DNA of 64,000 nucleotides from Cetorhinus maximus (lineage: Eukaryota), in contig NW_027596908.1 of NCBI RefSeq assembly GCF_964194155.1, positions 62,001 to 126,000 of the forward strand, in the 5' to 3' direction. Below are positions 61,801 to 64,000 of the stretch, piece after piece. The notes beneath the pieces are model-generated. The model saw only the letters and a list, made by a program, of their open reading frames with translations. It had not been told where the DNA came from and ran no database searches. A program made the translations under genes and the position numbers. The stretch's first letter is position 1, and the number at the start of each line of letters is the position of its first letter.

Positions 61801-62698
61801 AGGAGTGTGATGGAATACTCCCCACTTGCCTGGATGAGTGCAGCTCCCATAACACTCAAGAAGCTTGACACCATCCAGGAAAAAGCAGCCCCGCTTGATT
61901 GGCACCCCATCCACAAACATTCACTCCCTCCACCACCGACGCACAGTAGCAGCAGTGTGTGTACCATCTACAAGATGCACTGCAGCAACTCAGCAAGGCT
62001 CCTTCGACAGCACCTTCCAAAGGGACAAGGACAGCAGACACATGGGAACACCATCAACTGGAAGTTCCCCTCCAAGCCACTCACCATCCCGACTTGGAAA
62101 TATATCGGCCGTTCCTTCACTGTCACTGGGTCAAAATCCTGGAACCCCCTCCCTAACAGCACTGTGGGTGTACCTACACCACTGGGACTGCAGCGGTTCA
62201 AGAAGGCAGCTCACCCACCACCTTCTCAAGGGGCAATTAGGGATGGTCCATAAATGCTGGGCCCAGCCAGCGATGCCCCACATCGCGTGAAAGGATAGAA
62301 GCTGAACGGTTTGACAGGCAAGGGATTTGACAGCAAGCCTTCGCTATCAAGCATTTGGTATATCCTCACCCTGACTTTACCAGTCTCAAATTTATGAATG
62401 GATATCTTGTAGCCATAAACGTGGAGGTGAACGATTTTCACGTAGGAGACAGCGGTGTTGCCTCGGATGTCGTTCTTGGCTTCGATCCTGAAGGGAGTCA
62501 GGGTGTGGTCAGAGCCACAGGTTTCGGAGATGATGTAAGTACAGGTTCCCTGGAAGTCGAAGTTCAGGTTATCGAAGGTGTGGTAGTGGGGCTCACCCCA
62601 TGCCCAACATTTGCCCACATACTGTGGCACACACCTGGCAGCCCCCTCCTCAAATTCGCACGTCTCCTTCTCTCTGCACTTGGCAGCTTTGCATGGAT
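43878..62698 (-). CDS. FCGBP: IgGFc-binding protein-like (FCGBP-like) gene, 3' part: 10 exons, ~1364 aa, four VWD domains with C8/TIL modules; 5' part outside window
   Basis: All 10 exons join in frame through GT-AG sites; repeated VWD-C8-TIL, GDPH-type motifs, ends in degenerate VWD and [11 protein letters not shown] with no ZP or TM domain. Confidence 0.85.
44220..44765 (-). mobile_element. Well-preserved CR1 3' fragment with (TTTCTATG)n tail, inside an older LINE relic (~44120-45180)
   Basis: ORF 44317-44721 [43 protein letters not shown]...[15 protein letters not shown]. Confidence 0.9.
45190..45690. repeat. GA-rich low-complexity tract
   Basis: (GA)n-like purine tract. Confidence 0.85.
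45735..46030 (-). CDS. FCGBP: FCGBP-like exon: second half of last VWD
   Basis: VNGRPV...[12 protein letters not shown]...[11 protein letters not shown]; CAG/GTGAGT; 296 bp. Confidence 0.9.
46090..48310. repeat. (CCAT/CAAT/CTAT)-derived simple repeat with three 130-N gaps
   Basis: Gaps at 46184-46313, 46558-46687, 48071-48200. Confidence 0.95.
48393..48773 (-). CDS. FCGBP: FCGBP-like exon: TILa/VWC-like and first half of last VWD
   Basis: [16 protein letters not shown]...[14 protein letters not shown]...EKVIW; 381 bp; CAG/GTAAGT. Confidence 0.9.
48810..49900 (-). mobile_element. CR1 3' fragment continuing into a 51-bp minisatellite (~49325-49900) made from CR1 ORF2
   Basis: [23 protein letters not shown]; repeat unit translates [17 protein letters not shown], like the CR1 LVRPHLEYCVQFWSP motif. 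Confidence 0.85.
50320..50890. repeat. 69-bp minisatellite
   Basis: ctccctctacactgtccccatcaaacactcccaggacaggtacagcacggggttagatacagagtaaag x~8; single copy at ~61490-61565. Confidence 0.95.
50947..51146 (-). CDS. FCGBP: FCGBP-like exon: TIL domain
   Basis: [20 protein letters not shown]...[24 protein letters not shown]; 200 bp; TAG/GTAAC. Confidence 0.9.
51350..52025. repeat. 35-bp G-rich minisatellite
   Basis: gggattgagggatatggggagaaggtgggtgggtg units; related degenerate copy at 58470-58710. Confidence 0.95.
52579..53149 (-). CDS. FCGBP: FCGBP-like exon: VWD second half and C8
   Basis: VNGESF...[13 protein letters not shown]...[10 protein letters not shown]...SWRHKNFC; 571 bp. Confidence 0.92.
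53270..54330 (-). mobile_element. L2-type LINE 3' end with 37-bp minisatellite (~53590-54135)
   Basis: Same element and unit as 10595-12290, independent locus. Confidence 0.8.
54429..55024 (-). CDS. FCGBP: FCGBP-like exon: TIL, TILa and VWD first half with intact GDPH
   Basis: [13 protein letters not shown]...[25 protein letters not shown]...WKIQ; 596 bp. Confidence 0.92.
55205..56280 (-). mobile_element. Deu-type SINE (55205-55505) with 33-bp minisatellite (55505-56280)
   Basis: Minus strand: 33-bp array runs into acattaaaccgaggcccccgtctgcc...aagatcccacggccactatttggaagaagagcaggg. Confidence 0.75.
56810..57377 (-). CDS. FCGBP: FCGBP-like exon: VWD second half and C8
   Basis: VDGLLASLP...[14 protein letters not shown]...[10 protein letters not shown]...PWRSSDFC; 568 bp. 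Confidence 0.92.
57430..58450 (-). mobile_element. Deu-type SINE (57430-57730) with 33-bp minisatellite (57730-58450)
   Basis: Array runs into gcctttcagatgagacattaaaccgaggctccatctgcc, resembling the AmnSINE1/SacSINE1 core as I recall it. Confidence 0.75.
58864..59444 (-). CDS. FCGBP: FCGBP-like exon: TIL, TILa and VWD first half (GVPH)
   Basis: [13 protein letters not shown]...[25 protein letters not shown]...RRIM; 581 bp. Confidence 0.92.
59560..59800 (-). mobile_element. CR1 3' fragment
   Basis: [20 protein letters not shown]. Confidence 0.7.
59995..60795. repeat. 33-bp minisatellite abutting a splice donor
   Basis: cacacactgactctcactggggtacgggtccca x~24, highly homogeneous. Confidence 0.95.
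60803..61364 (-). CDS. FCGBP: FCGBP-like exon: VWD second half and C8
   Basis: VDDVRVSLP...[14 protein letters not shown]...[10 protein letters not shown]...DWRKETSC; 562 bp. Confidence 0.92.
61660..62290 (+). mobile_element. CR1/L2-superfamily LINE 3' fragment
   Basis: [52 protein letters not shown]. Confidence 0.85.
62370..62698 (-). CDS. FCGBP: FCGBP-like exon: Cys-rich (FOLN-like) segment and VWD first half (GEPH)
   Basis: [14 protein letters not shown]...[25 protein letters not shown]...GKVR; 329 bp; CAG/GTGAGG. Confidence 0.9.
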
Positions 62699-62894
62699 CT
62701 GAAGGTCAGAGGACACACAGACACACTCAGTAAATACAGAAGATGCCAATATGGTTCCCTCTCCACCCCTGACCCCACCAACACTGGCTGACAGCTTTTA
62801 TGTGTGTCTAGTGAAACATCTGGCAGCGGCTTTAACGGAGTTAATAACATTCACCAGCACGACAGTATCTGTATCTCTCAATCCATTGAGAGAC

Positions 62895-64000
62895 AGTTGG
62901 AAGTTTGACCAGAAACTTAACTGGACTAGCCAAATAAATCCTGTGGCGAGTCACTCACCTCCTGACTCCCCAAAGCCTGTCCACCATCTACAAGGCACAA
63001 GTCAGGAGTGTGATGGAATACTCCCCACTTGCCTGGATGAGTGCAGCGCCCACAACACTTAAGAAGCTCAACACCATCCAGGACAAAGCAGCCCCGCTTG
63101 ATTGGCACCACATCCACAAACATTCACTCCCTCCACCACCGACGCACAGTAGCAGCAGTGCGTGTACCATCTACAAGATGCACTGCAGCAACTCACCAAG
63201 GCTCCTTCGACAGCACCTTCCAAACCCATGACCTCTACCATCGAGAAGGACAAGGGCAGCAGACACATGGGGAACACCACCACCTGGACGTTCCCCTCCA
63301 AGCCACTCACCATCCTGACTTGGAAATATATCGGCTGTTCCTTCACTGTCACTGGGTCAAAATCCTGGAACTCCCTCCCTAACAGCGCCGTGGGTGTACC
63401 TACACCACAGGGACTGCAGCGGTTCAAGAAGGCAGCTCACTTTACTCCATTCCGCCTCATCATTGACCTCTGACCTGAAGTAAATAGGCCGTTCCCATCC
63501 ACTCTATCCAGGCCTTTGACAGAAATCTGACCCCAGGCTACATAAAGAGACATTAGGGACAGGTGACCAAAATCTCGGTTAAAGAGGTTGGTTTTAAGGA
63601 GGAGAGAGAGGAGGAGAGGTTTAGGGAGGGAATTCCTGAGCTTCGGGCCCAAGACAGCTGAAAACACGGCTGCCAATAGTGGGCCATCGGGAATCATTAG
63701 TTAGGCCGCACAACCTGAGCTCTAGTCACCTCATTACAGAAAGGGTGTAATTTTATTCCAGAGGGTAGAGAGGAGATTGATGAGGTAGTTACCAGGACTG
63801 GAAAATTTCGGCTGTGACGAAAGATTGGATGGGCTGGGGTTGTTCCCCTTGGAATAGAGGAGGCTGAGGGCAGATTTGTGCTCTAACCTCTCTACGATTC
63901 TTTCTCTGCTTCTATTATATTCATGTGACAATCAATTTGCGCACAGCAAACTCCCACAACCAGCAATGTGATAATGACCCAGATCATCTGTTTTTTAGTG
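62895..64000. mobile_element. Intronic patchwork: LINE fragment 62895-63437 (+), L2 tail ~63520-63700 (-), CR1 scrap ~63740-63880, Deu-type SINE scrap 63930-64000
   Basis: Similarity to the other copies in this window. Confidence 0.7.

Noticed and set aside
43878-62698. Calling the VWD gene alpha-tectorin, zonadhesin or a gel-forming mucin
   Set aside because: C-terminus lacks ZP, EGF/TM and cystine-knot domains and ends shortly after a degenerate VWD, as FCGBP does

Overview
Vertebrate nuclear DNA, most likely from a cartilaginous fish. That assignment is an inference from the CR1/L2/RTE/Tx1 LINEs, Deu-type SINE, Penelope-type hammerhead repeats and dense GC-rich minisatellites. The first 38 kb is an imperfect giant palindrome (arms ~640-15580 and ~17960-37995, spacer ~2.4 kb). 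Each arm carries a coiled-coil + globular C1q-domain gene, and the two copies converge. The right copy (-) assembles into a complete 200-aa secreted protein from 4 coding exons (27100-27083, 26068-25994, 23984-23879, 21737-21334). The left copy (+) lost its start and signal-peptide exons in a 6778-bp microhomology deletion but has an in-frame ATG at 8950 where the right arm has ACG, so it could make a 182-aa leaderless form. The two C1q exons are identical over 404 bp except for 4 changes within 15 bp (3 non-synonymous). Arm-specific insertions have empty sites in the other arm: a Harbinger-type MITE, and a tandem Tx1-like LINE inside one TSD. The two Harbinger transposase relics carry complementary deletions. 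Four hammerhead-ribozyme-like motifs occur, one in a 100-bp TSD-flanked insertion in the spacer. Positions 43.7-62.7 kb hold the last 10 exons of an FCGBP-like VWD-C8-TIL gene (-). Most long ORFs in the ORF track are minisatellite artefacts, and several arrays grew from inside transposon sequence. All alignments were done by eye, so repeat boundaries are approximate.
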